A stretch of 64,000 nucleotides of DNA from Elsinoe ampelina (GCA_010093995.1 ML992511.1:1144172-1208171); one strand, 5' to 3'. Positions 48,788 to 61,230 are shown, counted from the stretch's first letter. Notes: a model not told the origin generated them from the sequence alone. A program made the numbers and translations.

Positions 48788-50605
48788 ATGGCTACTGAGG
48801 ATGGCAGAAACGGCGTCAAGCCAAAGAAGAGCATCATTGTGAATGCATTTGTTGAAATGTGTAAGTGGCGGTCCAGCCTATCTATCAAGCCCACGTCCTC
48901 GCCACCTTATTCCACGTGCCTTAGTTTGCACTGCAGCACTAATCCATGGCAGGCAGTGGCCATCAGGCCCCAGGACTCTGGCGGCATCCTGAAGATGAGT
49001 CCTGGAAATTCAATGATGTCGATCATTGGGTGAAGCTAGCCCAGCTGTTGGAGGAAGCTTCCTTCCACGGCATCTTCATTGCAGATGTTCTTGGTAAGTC
49101 TGATCATCCCACGCTCCCACGCTTTTAAACACCCCTTGCCGAAATCCACATTCTCGTGTATAGCCCTGGGAGCCCACGTGACTGCCCTGCATTCCGGTCG
49201 TCTACTACATGCACTTGTCGGAACTAGAAGTCGCTTGGAATGACACAACAGTGAACTGACATCTATTGCAGGTGGCTATGATGTCTACAATGGCAACTTG
49301 GATGCTGCCAAGCGTAGCGGCGCCCAATTCCCAGTCAATGAGCCGCTGAGTGTCATACCCGCAATGGCAGCCGTGACTAAGAGCATCGGCTTCGGTTGTA
49401 CTGTATCAACCTCATACGAGTATCCTTACCACCTTGCTCGTCGTCTCTCTACAATCGATCATCTTACCAAAGGTCGTCTGGGATGGAACATTGTCACTTC
49501 GTACCTTGATAGCGCATCCCGGAACATGGTTGGCAAGGAACAATTGCCGCATGACGAACGCTATGCCAAAGCCGAGGAGTACGTCCAGGTTGTCTACAAG
49601 CTCTTGGAGTCCAGCTGGAGAGATGATGCTGTCAAACTTGATCGTCAAAAGGGCGTCTATACTCAGCCAGACCTGGTGCGAGAGATCAACCACAAGGGCA
49701 AGTTCTTTGATGTGCCAGGGCCTCATCTGTGTCAACCTAGTCGCCAACGGACGCCCCTTATCCTTCAAGCCGGTACCTCAAAGGCGGGTAAGGACTTTGC
49801 CGCCCGCCATGCTGAGGCTGTTTTCGTGTCGGCCTTCGGGCCGCAAGTAGTTGCTGGTAGCATCAAAGACATTCGTCAACTGACTGCCGCGAATGGGCGA
49901 GATCCGAAAAGCATCAAAGTGCTTGCTCTTGTGACTGTCATTGTTGACGAGACAGAAGAGCTTGCTCAGCAAAAGCTCAAGGACTATCGGCAGTACGCTT
50001 CGCTTGAAGGGGCGCTTGCCTTGATGGGCGGCTGGATAGGAGTAGATTTTGGCAAATACGGGCCTGATGAGGAACTGAGAGAAGTGGAGAGCAACGCTGT
50101 TAGGTCAGTGGGCTGACCGGCGAGCGTATGAGATATATTTCTGACAATTCCAGGTCGACAGCTCAAGCCTATGCTCGGTTTTCCCCCGGCGTCGGCAAGT
50201 GGACGAAGGATACGATCGCTGAGCACGTCAGTATCGGTGGCAATGGTCCAGTCCTCGTCGGTACTGCGAGTCAGGTCGCAGACGCGCTCGAAGTGTGGCT
50301 CGACGAAGCCGACGTCGACGGCTTCAACTTTGTAAGTTCTGCGTAAGCAAACTCGCCGTGTTTGACACTGATCACGATAGGCCTACACTGTGTTCCCAGA
50401 CTCTTTCAAGGACATCATCAAGTTCTTGCTACCAGAGCTTCGTGCTAGAGGTCTCTTTTGGGACGGCTACACGGTTCCTGGTGGGACATATCGAGAGAAC
50501 TTCTATCAGAAGCCTGGTCAGACTGGGCCGCCGGAAGAGCACTTTGCGGCCAAGTACAGGTGGCGAGCTGGAGTGGCGGATGAAGATGCGCCTGTGCCAG
50601 AGTAA
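48788..50605 (+). CDS. Luciferase-like FMNH2-dependent monooxygenase, DmoA/NtaA/SnaA/DszA family (copy 1)
   Basis: NAFVEMC|SGHQAPGLWRHP, FIADVLG, AQFPVNEP, PYHLARRLSTIDHLTKGRLGWNIVTSY, PSRQRTPLILQAGTS, FAARHAE, DVDGFN, LLPELRARGLFW. Four introns. Confidence 0.93.
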
Positions 50606-50723
50606 GCTTAGCAGTCGATCAAAACTGAAGCCTCTACACCGAAAATTGTTCACACTTGAAATACCAGGAATGTTTGAAAGCACTTTTGACTCATGTCTGC
50701 TATTTATCTAGCACTGTCTCGCA

Positions 50724-52453
50724 CTACTCCGCCTTCCAGTGATAAGCCGCAGCAGGATGATCAGCCGGCGGCCTCGCCACCCCCTTCTTACCATACAAGT
50801 TCTCCCTGTACGTCCCGCCTGGCACAGCATAGTCCTCCCAGAATAGACCTCTCTGCCTCAATACTGGTAGTAAATGATCGATGACCTCTTCAAAAGTCCG
50901 AGGAAATACCGCGTATGCAATGTTGAAACCGTCAACATCAGCCTCACTGACCCATCGCTCGAGGTCATCCGCAACCTCTTCTGCTGTACCGATGACAGTG
51001 GCGCCTAGCCCGCCAACCTTGATGTGGTTCGCCACTGCCGCTTTCGTCCACTTTGCCACTTTCGGAGAAGCTTTGGACCATCCCTCTACGGCAGAACGAA
51101 TGGCGTTTGACTCCACGTGGCGCAACTCTTGATCGTCGTCATATTGGGACAGATCAATCCCAGTCCAGCCGCCGAATAACGCAAGCGAACCGTCCTCTGA
51201 ACCATAGTTGAGGTACTCTTGATACTTGGCCTCGGCCTCTTCGTGAGTTTTGCCAATTATGGGGCACAACATGGCCAGAAACTTGATGCTGGTAGGATCT
51301 CGGCCGAATTCAGACTTTGCTTGGGCGCGTATCTCGGCAATGTTCTTGGCTACTACTGCTGGGCTGTGGCCTGCCACAAAGATTACTTCAGCATTGCGGG
51401 CGGCGAAGGCTTTTCCGGCCTTGGAGGTGCCAGCTTGCATGATAACAGGAGTACGTTGAGGCGATGGCTCACAGATGTGAGGGCCGGGCACCTGGTAATA
51501 TTTACCCACGTGGTCAATGGTGCGGACTAAGGAAGGATCGGTGTAGACTCCGGTCTTGCGGTCTAGCTTGACGGCATCATCACGCCACGACGATTGCCTA
51601 TATGCTGTCAGTGTGATGCGATAGAAGCACTCGGAATACCTACCAGAGCTTGTACATGACCTCGGTATATTCCTCGCAAATGGCATAACGCTGGTCGTGC
51701 TCCGGCTGCTGAGTATGTCCGAGGTTCCTGGCAGCAGAGTCAAGGTAGCCAGTCACAATCTATCTAGTCAGCTGCGAATAGTCCAGAGGTTGGTTAGAGT
51801 GACTTACATTCCACCCGACTCGGCCGCCACTCAGGTGGTCCGCGGTACTAAGACGTCGCGCAAGATGGTACGGCTATGGCGAGTCAGAGCTCTTTCCATG
51901 AGTTTCGAAACGTATGCACCTACTTGTTCGTACGTCGTAGCCAAAGTTACAGCGAAGCCAATGCTCTCTGTTGCCGCCGCCATGGCTGGCACGGTCAGGA
52001 GAGGTTCCTGTCACAAACATTAGTCTAGATGCCAACTAGCGGTACATGTAATGTGTTTTACATTGACAGGCCATTGAGCTCCGCTGATGATAGCAGGATC
52101 TGGATTGCGTGGTCCCTTGTACACATCGTATGCTCCCTGATATGTGGTCAACTTTTGGGCTTCATGTCTCAGGCGTAGGACAGCATTACCAGCACATCTG
52201 CTATAAAGACAGAGTGAAACTTTCCCTTCTCGAGTAGCTTAGCCAGTTCAATCCAATGCTTGATCGAATTGAACCCCGATGATCTGTCCTCCGCGTTCCG
52301 CCATCCTCCTGGACTCTGATGGCCACTGCCTGGAATAGGGTCAGAGAGTGTTGAATTAGCAGCACAGGTCGTCTTACATGATTCAACGAATGCACTGATG
52401 ATCAGCTGCTTCTTTGCATGGCCATTGGCACCGTTGGTCTGGGTGTCACTCAT
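50724..52453 (-). CDS. Luciferase-like FMNH2-dependent monooxygenase, DmoA/NtaA/SnaA/DszA family (copy 2)
   Basis: SAFVESC|SGHQSPGGWRN, FIADVL|GAYDVY, AQWPVN|EP, PYHLARRLSTADHLSGGRVGWN, PSPQRTPVIMQAGTS, DVDGFN, LLPVLRQRGLFW. Six introns. Confidence 0.92.
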
Positions 52454-53241
52454 GTTGCTGGTAGTGTTTGTTTGTAGCAACTCTCTCAGAAGCGATCAGA
52501 GCTCGACGTGGGGGGTCGGTCGGGTGCAAAGCTCAAGTCGAGGTCACGCTCAAGGACATCCCTGCTCTAGCCCGAGGTGACCGAGGGGCATATGGAGGAG
52601 CTAGTCCGGCCGGTAAGTGACCAAGCAGAGCGCCACGCCGGCGTGTTGGAATGAACCTTGGGTCTCCAACAGCCCTCATGGGGACTCATCAATCTCTCGA
52701 ACATGATTCGATAGATCGGGAACATGCAAAGGTTCACGTGGATGTCTTGGTACAGTACAGTATGAGGTTTGCTCGCCATCTAAGCAGGCATGGCGTGCTT
52801 CGGGTTGTGGTTCCACTTTTGCCGCTTGCGAGCCAATCACGTGGCTGGCGTCGAGGCTTCACTCCAACCTCACGACTTCGAATACACTTTCTTCCATCAT
52901 CAACGCGGTCCCCTTTGCTGCCAGATATCAACATGCGATATCGGTGGTCATCAAGAAACCATCGAAGCAATGGTCTAGGACGTTTAGTTCGACATTGGCC
53001 GGCGTGATTGCATCATGAGTGGCCACACCTCATGGCTGGCTCAGGGAGCGAGAACCATGTGGAGCAGCAAGAAGTAGGTGAAGGGTCAATGCTATCTTGC
53101 ATTCATAATGTCGGCAGATCTGCGTATCACATTGTAGCTTTCCAATCTGTCGGGATAGGTGCATTCGTCCTTTATTATTCTTTACTCTCTTCTCTGTCCA
53201 AACAAACCCACTTGTTTTGGAGTCACATTCTATCAGACACT

Positions 53242-55528
53242 ATGGCGGGCGGATCGTCAACATCTGGGGTCACCTCGACCGAAACTACCGTCGTGCCGCC
53301 GCTTTCCCAAGCGGTCGGTTACGTAGTGGTTGTAGTTATTGGCTTCGTTATCGCATTGATCATGATATGGATTACCCGACTTCTCAAGAGGACAGTCGGA
53401 GAGGACAATAAGAAATCAGAGATGTTTATTACAGCCAACAGGAGCATTCGAACTGGCTTGACTGCATCTGCCGTCATCTCGAGTTGGCTTTGGAGTACAG
53501 CTATGCTGGGCAGCACACTCGTCGGTTACAACTTCGGTGTGGCCGGACCTTTCTGGTTCGCTGCAGGGTATGGCATCCCACAGATATTATTGAAATATGC
53601 TGACCAGGCTTAGATGCTCACCCATGATTGTCTTCTTCTCGCTACTTGGTATCGCCTGTAAGATGAGGGTTCCCGAGGCACACACACTGCTCGAGATCGT
53701 TCGCATACGGTATGGGACATTTGGACACATTGTTTGGATTATACTTTGTTTGATCAACAATATTATCGCCGTCGCAAACATGCTTCTCGGCGCTTCCGCT
53801 GCCATTTCTGCCCTGTAGGTCAACTCGGACTGTGATGTAGGCTGTAGCTAATGGACCAGGACCGGCATGAATATTACAGCAGCTACCTTCTTACTCCCTA
53901 TAGGTGTCATCCTCTACACATTCGTCGGTGGTATCAAAGCGACCTTCCTCACGGACTACTTTCACACCTTCATCATCCTGATCATTGCTTGCTTTTTCAC
54001 GATCAAGACCTTTGTCACCCCCGAGATTGATTCTATTGGTCATCTCTATGATCTGGTAGTTGCAGCTGGAGAGGTTCACCCTGTTGACGGAAATGGTGGC
54101 GGTGGGTCGTACTTCACTATGGAGAGCCACGGCGTAAAGTCCATCATCTGGTCTGTGGAAATTCTGCTGACTTTTTTTTGGCAGGCATTGATGTTCGCAA
54201 TCATCCACGTGCTGGCTAACTTTGGTCTTGTTATCATGGATACGTCCTTCTTCGTCAAGGCCTTTGCCGCGAAGCCAGATGCTGTGGTCAAGGGCTACGT
54301 CGTCGGCGGAATCGCCTACTTTGCCATTCCTTGGGGCTTGGGTACCCTTATGTCCCTTATCGCTCTTGGTCTAGAAGGACAGCCACTCTTTCCTACTTAT
54401 CCTCGCCGTATGACCGCTACTGAAGTCAGCAACGGGCTGGTACTACCATACTCTGCCATCGCCATTGCTGGCAAGGGTGGTGCTGCTGGTGTTCTGCTGA
54501 TTACCTTCATGGCCGTCACTTCGACCCTGTCTGCCCAGGTCATTGCTGTCAGCTCGATCATCAGCTTCGATATCTATAGAACATATTTCAACAAGGCAGC
54601 AACAGATGCGGACGTCATTCGATGGTCTCACATCGGTGTTGTCTTCTTCGGCTTGTTCTCCGCCGCCTTCTCCACTGCCCTTCACTACGGCAAAGTGGAT
54701 CTTGGCTGGACGCTTTACTTCCTCGGTGAGAATAGATACTACCAGACGGGGTGGATCCGAGTGTCTAACAGCTTACAGGTGTTCTCACATGCCCTGGTAT
54801 CTTCCCTACCACATTCACAATCTTGTGGAAGAAGCAGTCAAAGGCAGCTGCAATCATTTCTCCTCTTCTCGGTTTGGTCACTGGACTCGCAACCTGGCTT
54901 GGTACAGCACATGCGTTTTATGGCGAAATCACGGTCAAGTCCACTGGCGGCACACTGCCATGCATGTACGGTACTGTGGCATCCGCCTTCTCTCCAGCAT
55001 TGTACTCTGTCGTAATCTCTCTCATCAAGCCTGCCAACTTCGATTGGAGAGACTACCGTAAGGAGAAGCTGGCTTTTGACAGTGATGAAGACATCCATCA
55101 ACCCCACTCCAACATCCTCGAGGAGGATGCCAACAGCTACGAAGCCAATAAGAAGAACTTTCGCCATTGGGGTAAGATAGCCGCAGCATGGTCTCTTGCA
55201 ACCTTTCTCGGACATTGGGTGTTATGGGTGAGTCTGCCATTGTCTGTGGATGTCTTGTAGTGGTAGGACTAATTTCATGCAGCCACTGCCCATGTACGCC
55301 GCCAGATACGTTTTCAGCAAATCGTTCTTCACGGCTTGGCTCGTCATAGCCATCATCTGGCTTTGGGGAACTTTGTTTGTTGCTGGCTTCTATCCTATCA
55401 TTGATGGTCGAGAGCAATTGTTGCAGATCTGGAAGGCTTGGAGGGGAAGGCCGGCTGATGTCAAATCAGAGTCGGATGGAAGTGCAGTGGAAGTTAGCAC
55501 AAAGGCAGACGACAAGGCTTTGCAGTAG
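53242..55528 (+). CDS. Sodium:solute symporter family transporter, Dur3-like (urea/polyamine type)
   Basis: PPLSQAVGYVVVV, EMFITANRSIRTGLTASAVISSW, AHTLLEIVRIRYG, YTFVGGIKATFLTDYFHT, FMAVTSTLSAQVIAVSSI, WPLPMY...YVFSKSFF. Several introns. Confidence 0.92.
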
Positions 55529-56054
55529 ACCGCAATAAGTATAGAATTGATAGAGTATACTGTAGACTGATGACATGGACAGCGATTCTGCCATCGTCCG
55601 AACAATGTGGTGAAACAAGTGGGGGCAAAGCCCTGGTAGTATGTGGGAACAGGTGGCGAACCTCGGCACGGCAGAAACGCCCATTATTTTGCTTCTCTGC
55701 AGAAATTGTAGGCAGAAATCCTACAGCGGCCCTAGCCCTCAGAGCCATGCATTCGGATGTCTGTCAAGACCTGGAACCTCGTTACTGTGGTTGAACAAGT
55801 CAGGATGCCCGCAAATTGACTTCCACCAAACGCCGCAACACATGAGGAGTTGTTTCACCTCGCCACTCAACCATCAATACATGCATCAGCCTCAGTTTCG
55901 TCCCTGGCCCATCACCATCCATTCATCTCGACTTCAGGGCTTCAGGGTCAGCAATGCGGACAAAAAAGCTGCATACCCAGAATGAGTATTCTACGTTCCT
56001 ATTCTCTCTTTTCACCGACCCGAGGGACCGGCGCCCCATTTTCGTTCTTTCACC

Positions 56055-57761
56055 ATGCGTTCGTTTTTGATTGCATCACTGGTAGCGACCACCTTCGCTC
56101 TCCCTGCTCCTTTGGATCTACTTCCACGCGATGCTTCTCCCAGCATCATTCCCGACGAGTATGTCATTACCTTGAAAGGGCACACAGATGATGTGGCGAG
56201 CTTCATCAAAGGTCATTCCGCCATCTGCGACAAGAAGCCTGGCAGGACGTACGAGATAGAGAGCTTTAGAGGCTTCTCGATGAATCTGACGCCAGAGGAG
56301 AAGAAGTCCTTGGAGGAGCACCCCTCCGTGGCATCCGTTGAGTCGGACATGCTGATCAAGGCGCATGCCATCACCTCGGTCAGCGCTGGCAACTGGGGGC
56401 TGGCTAAACTTAGTCAGGGCTCCGGATCAGCTTCGAATCAGTACAAATTTGATGGCTCGGCTGGTGAAGGGACATGCTCGTACGTCGTCGACACGGGTGT
56501 CTTTGTCGACCATCCAGATTTTGAGGGCAGAGCGGTCTTTGGTGTCAACTTTGAGCCCACCGACGGGACCGACGAGGATCTTGGTAGACACGGGACACAC
56601 GTAAGTACAAGTATTGTTGGGTCTGTAGCAATACGCTGACACTCATAGTGTGCGGGTACCATTGGCAGCAAAACCTTCGGTGTAGCCAAAAAAACCAAGA
56701 TCATTGCCGTCAAGGCCTGCAACAAGGATATCACTTGCCGTTATCAGGATATCGTCAGTGGCATCACATGGGCGACCCAAGACAGCAAGACTCGTGGCTG
56801 CCCTAGGGGGACCGTCATCAATCTCAGTCTCGGTGGTTGGGGTACCTGGGTTGCCACCCGTGAGGCCGTCAACGCTGCCACTGCCAATGGTATCTTCGTC
56901 TCGGTCGCTGCAGGGAATTCGTACAAGGATGCCAGCGATGTATATCCTGCTTCTGCACCTAATGCTTGCACGGTCGCTGCATCGGACAGCAGTAACAACT
57001 TTGCTAGCTTCAGCAACTACGGGTCCGTGATCGATGTGATTGCTCCAGGTGTGCAGATTACGTCGCTGGGTACAGATGGCGGAACGGTAAGCAAGTCGTG
57101 CATGCTGGGGTAACAAGGCTGATGATTACAGTACATCATGTCCGGAACATCAATGGCTGCCCCGTACATCGCCGGGCTTGGTGCGTACCTGCTCGGTACT
57201 GAGGGGGCAGCAGATCCCGTGGCTTTGTGCCAGAAAATCAAGGACCGATCTGTCAAGGGGGCGATTCGCAACGTGCCCAGTGGTACCAACAACTATCTGG
57301 CTTACAATGGCGCATCTGGTGGCGTGCCTGCCGCTGCCGCTGCTGCTGCTGCTGCTCCTTCTGCCCAGCAGCCTCCAAGCGGAACTGACTCCGGGAGTGG
57401 ATCTACAGGCGACTTGGCTGCCGATAATCCTGTCCGTCAGCCTTTAGATAGCTCGAACGGTGGCTTCTCTGGCACTGCTCCAGATGAATCACCTGGTGGC
57501 TCATCAGGCAATGGTAATGCGTGGGGTTTTCCATTTGGTAGCTGGTCGGCCGGGCTCTTCTCCGGCAGTCCAGACAGTGGCTCCTCTAGCACGTCTGGTG
57601 GCCAGCGAGCGGGTGGTCAGTCGGTCAGTCCCAAACCGGTATCAGAATCTTGGTCTAGTGGTCAGCCGCGTACTTGGTCAAAGACATGGTCGACCGGGGA
57701 CCTGTCTGGCAGTGACTTGAAGGAGTTGTGGGCGAAGATGACAGGCGCTGGGTCGTCGTGA
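56055..57761 (+). CDS. Secreted subtilisin-like serine protease (S8, proteinase K-type) with I9 propeptide and C-terminal low-complexity tail
   Basis: Signal peptide, catalytic triad VVDTG / HGTHCAG / SGTSMAAP, INLSLG, VAAGN, FSNYG. Two introns. Confidence 0.93.
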
Positions 57762-58730
57762 GGAATAGAGACGAGATTTTCGATCCGAGCTGTATTTGAA
57801 TGACATTCCACGTGGGGACACGTGATATTACATATCAAGTGTTTTTCATCTTCTTTGGACGGTCTCATTTAGCGATATCGTCGACTGCTCCCGACTGCTA
57901 TCTCCAGCACCCTGGTCAAGTGAGCCGAGCGAGGACGAGTGGACAAACGCCCATCTTCACGCGCACACCGCTAGTGGTGAAGATGTACAGTAAGAGATGG
58001 CGGTCGCCCAGCGTCTGCCAACAACAAACACTACCACCACTCAATCGACGATAATCTGAAGCGACACCAAAAAGTCTAATCTTACCTGTATTGGCAGCGC
58101 CGTACTTCCTACCTGCAGACGCAAACCCCGAACGTCGAGTCGGATCCTCGCGGATGCCAGGTATACTTATGTAAGAGTCCCTTTGCTGACATACGTCAAT
58201 TTAATGTTTCCCGTCTTTGTGTGATTCATATCTTTCCTTCTTTTCCCCATCACACCTCGCGTTCTTTCCATCATCGCAAGAACCCTGCCCTCCTTTTGAG
58301 CTCCACCGATCATGACCGTCCCAAAAGGCGACGATCAAAAGCGGGCAGGCCGACGTGGCGGCTCTAGCTCCGACTACGCCTCCTTCGTACACGCAGCCAC
58401 GCAGCTTGCCGAACAAATTTGTCGAGCCTTGGCCGTTCAATCGCTCCCATTTAGCCTTGGCGCAATCTCTGTCGGTTCGAGTGTTCGCAACGAAGCAGCC
58501 TGGCAACCTTCTGGATCCAGAGCAAGAGGCCCACTTTGTCCTGTCAGGTCCCTTTTTTGTGGAGGTAGGTTCGAGGGAAAAGCATGGATTCTGCCGGCTA
58601 TTGACAGCTGTGAATCGTGCGGCGTTGTTGCAGGGTCTGCTGGCCTTTCTGCTGTCTTATCTGCTTTGATTTGGTTACGGATTTTTTGTGGCTTTTGTCC
58701 ATACAAGATCTTTACAGTACCAGGTCAGCA

Positions 58731-60456
58731 ATGGGTCGAGAAGATGTTCTTTCCGCTTTTGAGGTTGAGCAGAGGATTGATGCTGGAGAGGTGCTCGTCG
58801 TCTTTGAGGGTCATGTCTTGCGAATGGACAAATGGTTGAGCAGGCATCCTGGTGGTCGACTGGCTGTGCTTCACATGGTGGGGAGGGATGCTACCGACCA
58901 AATTTCAGTGTAACTACCACCACCCCGAGCGACCATCATTGGCGTCTGGCAGAGAAGGAGAGTAGTACCCTTGGACATGTTCTGACCGTCGGTCAGATAC
59001 CATTCTAGGGATGTACAGAACCGCATGAAGGCTTTCCGGATAGGAAAGGTACAAGAGCCTTGGATCAACCTCACGCCGCCAATACAACGAGGACAGGAGA
59101 AGCAGGTTCTCTACGAATCGGACTCGGATGCGTCTACACTGTCCACGTCGTCGATTGAAAAGCAAGAGAAGGAAGTACACAACCGGAGACCTAAGCAGAC
59201 AGCCACAGACTCGTCGGACGACTACGCCGCCGAGGCTGTCAAGCAGGAGATCGCAGATGACCTGGCTGCATACCCGTCGTTGGATCCTGCCACACAGAAA
59301 GCAATCTCGGATCGTTACAAGGCATTGGCGCAGAGGGTCGAAGATGAGGGCTTCTATGACTGCAACTACATGGCGTATGCGAAAGAGTCCGTCCGGTATC
59401 TAGCACTCTTCGCCATCTTCCTGTTTGCCCTTCGGCATGAGTGGTACATCACTTCAGCATGCTTCCTCGGCTTGTTCTGGCAGCAGATCATGTTCACGGC
59501 GCATGATGCTGGTCACCTCGCCATCACCCACAACTTCAAGATCGACACAGTGATTGCCTGTTTTATTGCAGACTTCTGCTGCGGTCTCTCAATGGGCTGG
59601 TGGAAGTCTTCACATGTTGGTCTCTCCCCTCTTGCACCTCGATATCTGCTGATCCAGTTCCAGAACGTGCACCACCTCGTCACCAATCTACCTGTAAGCG
59701 ATGAACCTGAAATGGTTTTATGAATGTCATTGCTGACTATTGTAGGAACACGATCCCGATATCCAGAACGTCCCAGTCTTTGCTACTTCCCCTTCGTTCT
59801 TCCAGTCGGTCCACAGCTCATACTATGATTTCGACTTTGACTGGGATGCGGCCGCTGATTGGGCTGTGCCACACCAAGCCTGGTCATACTATCCAATTAT
59901 GGCCATTGCACGATTCAACCTCTATCTGCTGTCCTGGCTCCACATCTTGTCTCCACGATCTGTATCCTTTGGCTCGCGCCAATGGGTCAAGCCACTGGAG
60001 CTCGTCTTCATGTGCTGTTACTGGTTCCTCTTTGGATACTGCTTGCTTTGGTGCAGCATCCCGACCTGGACCATGAGGGTCATCTTTGTGCTGGTCTCAC
60101 ACATCATCACGATGGTCTTGCACGTTCAGATCACTCTATCGCACTTTGGCATGTCCACTTCCGACCTGGGTCCTGGCGAGTCTTTCGCGCAGCACCAGCT
60201 CAGGACGACTATGGACGTTGACTGCCCGGAATGGCTAGACTTCTTCCACGGAGGCCTGCAGTTCCAGGCAGTCCATCATCTGTTCCCAAGAGTGCCTAGA
60301 CACAATCTGCGCAGACTACAAGTCCTGGTCAAAGAATTCGCCGAGCAGATCAATGTCGAGTACAAAGTTCTGGGCTTCGTGGATGGCAATAAGAAAGTAC
60401 TAGGGAGGCTGTCCGACGTGGCGGATCAGGCGAAGCTGTTATATGCCTGCCGGTAA
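58731..60456 (+). CDS. SLD1: Delta-8 sphingolipid desaturase (cytochrome b5 fusion)
   Basis: HPGG heme motif and His boxes HDAGH, H|NVHH, QAVHHLFP. Also HVQITLSH and RTTMDVDCP. Three introns. Confidence 0.92.
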
Positions 60457-61230
60457 TGGGGTCACGGTATGAGAGGAATGGTCTCCAGCGAAGGCGTCAA
60501 CTGTACAGAAAAGCTTTCTTAGGTCGTGATGGTATTACAGGGATACAGGACAACCATGTCGATATTAGATCTCTTTATTTTCTTGCATGCGCTTCGAACT
60601 ATGGGACCCTTTGCGAACCCACAATCAAATGTCGATATCGCACTGCTGATCGGCTATGCGAATCTTCCATCTCTATACGGGTCTTCCCTATCAAGCTTCT
60701 TGATCAGATAACTTAAATCACCACAGTCTCAAGCACAGCTGCTATCGAAAGCCTCCCCGTCCGCGCGTCGTAGGTCCCAGCTCCGAAAAAACCCCTAACT
60801 TAATCCAAGTGGCAAGACCCAAATTCCCGCACGTGGCCGCGGCGAAATCTCCCAAGCTCCACGGCTCTCAACGGCGAATTAATGCAGGCATTGCAATTTG
60901 CAGGGCCCCTCGTCCTGCCGGCCGTTGATTTTCCTGCGCGATCTGGGCGCCCTACGAGACGAAACGTCGATCAATGCAAGGGGTCCACGACCGTGCCTTG
61001 TTGACGAAAGCTCGGATCTCTTCGTTCCGCACGGATGCGTGGAAGATCTTCTGGAACGACTGTCGATCGTGGCCTGATGGGTCGGGTGATTCCAGGTCCA
61101 CAGTCTCTCGGGGAGGGACGGCGAAGATGGAGCTCTTGATAACGCATGTAATAACTTATCCAAGTTACATACACACAGCACAATCATGCAATGCTGTATA
61201 CTGATTACAACGACCTGCATCTGCCTTGAC

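Noticed and set aside
48788..52453. Recent bacterial horizontal transfer or contamination of the LLM genes
   Set aside because: Both genes carry multiple spliceosomal introns and have composition like their neighbours. Any transfer would be ancient.
42521..55528. Interpretation as a sterigmatocystin/aflatoxin or other secondary-metabolite biosynthetic cluster because of the StcW-like monooxygenase
   Set aside because: No PKS, NRPS, terpene synthase or pathway regulator nearby. The gene content looks catabolic and import-oriented.
58312..58839. 175-aa ORF overlapping the desaturase start, possible uORF
   Set aside because: No motif or conservation evidence visible. Likely chance ORF in the 5' region.
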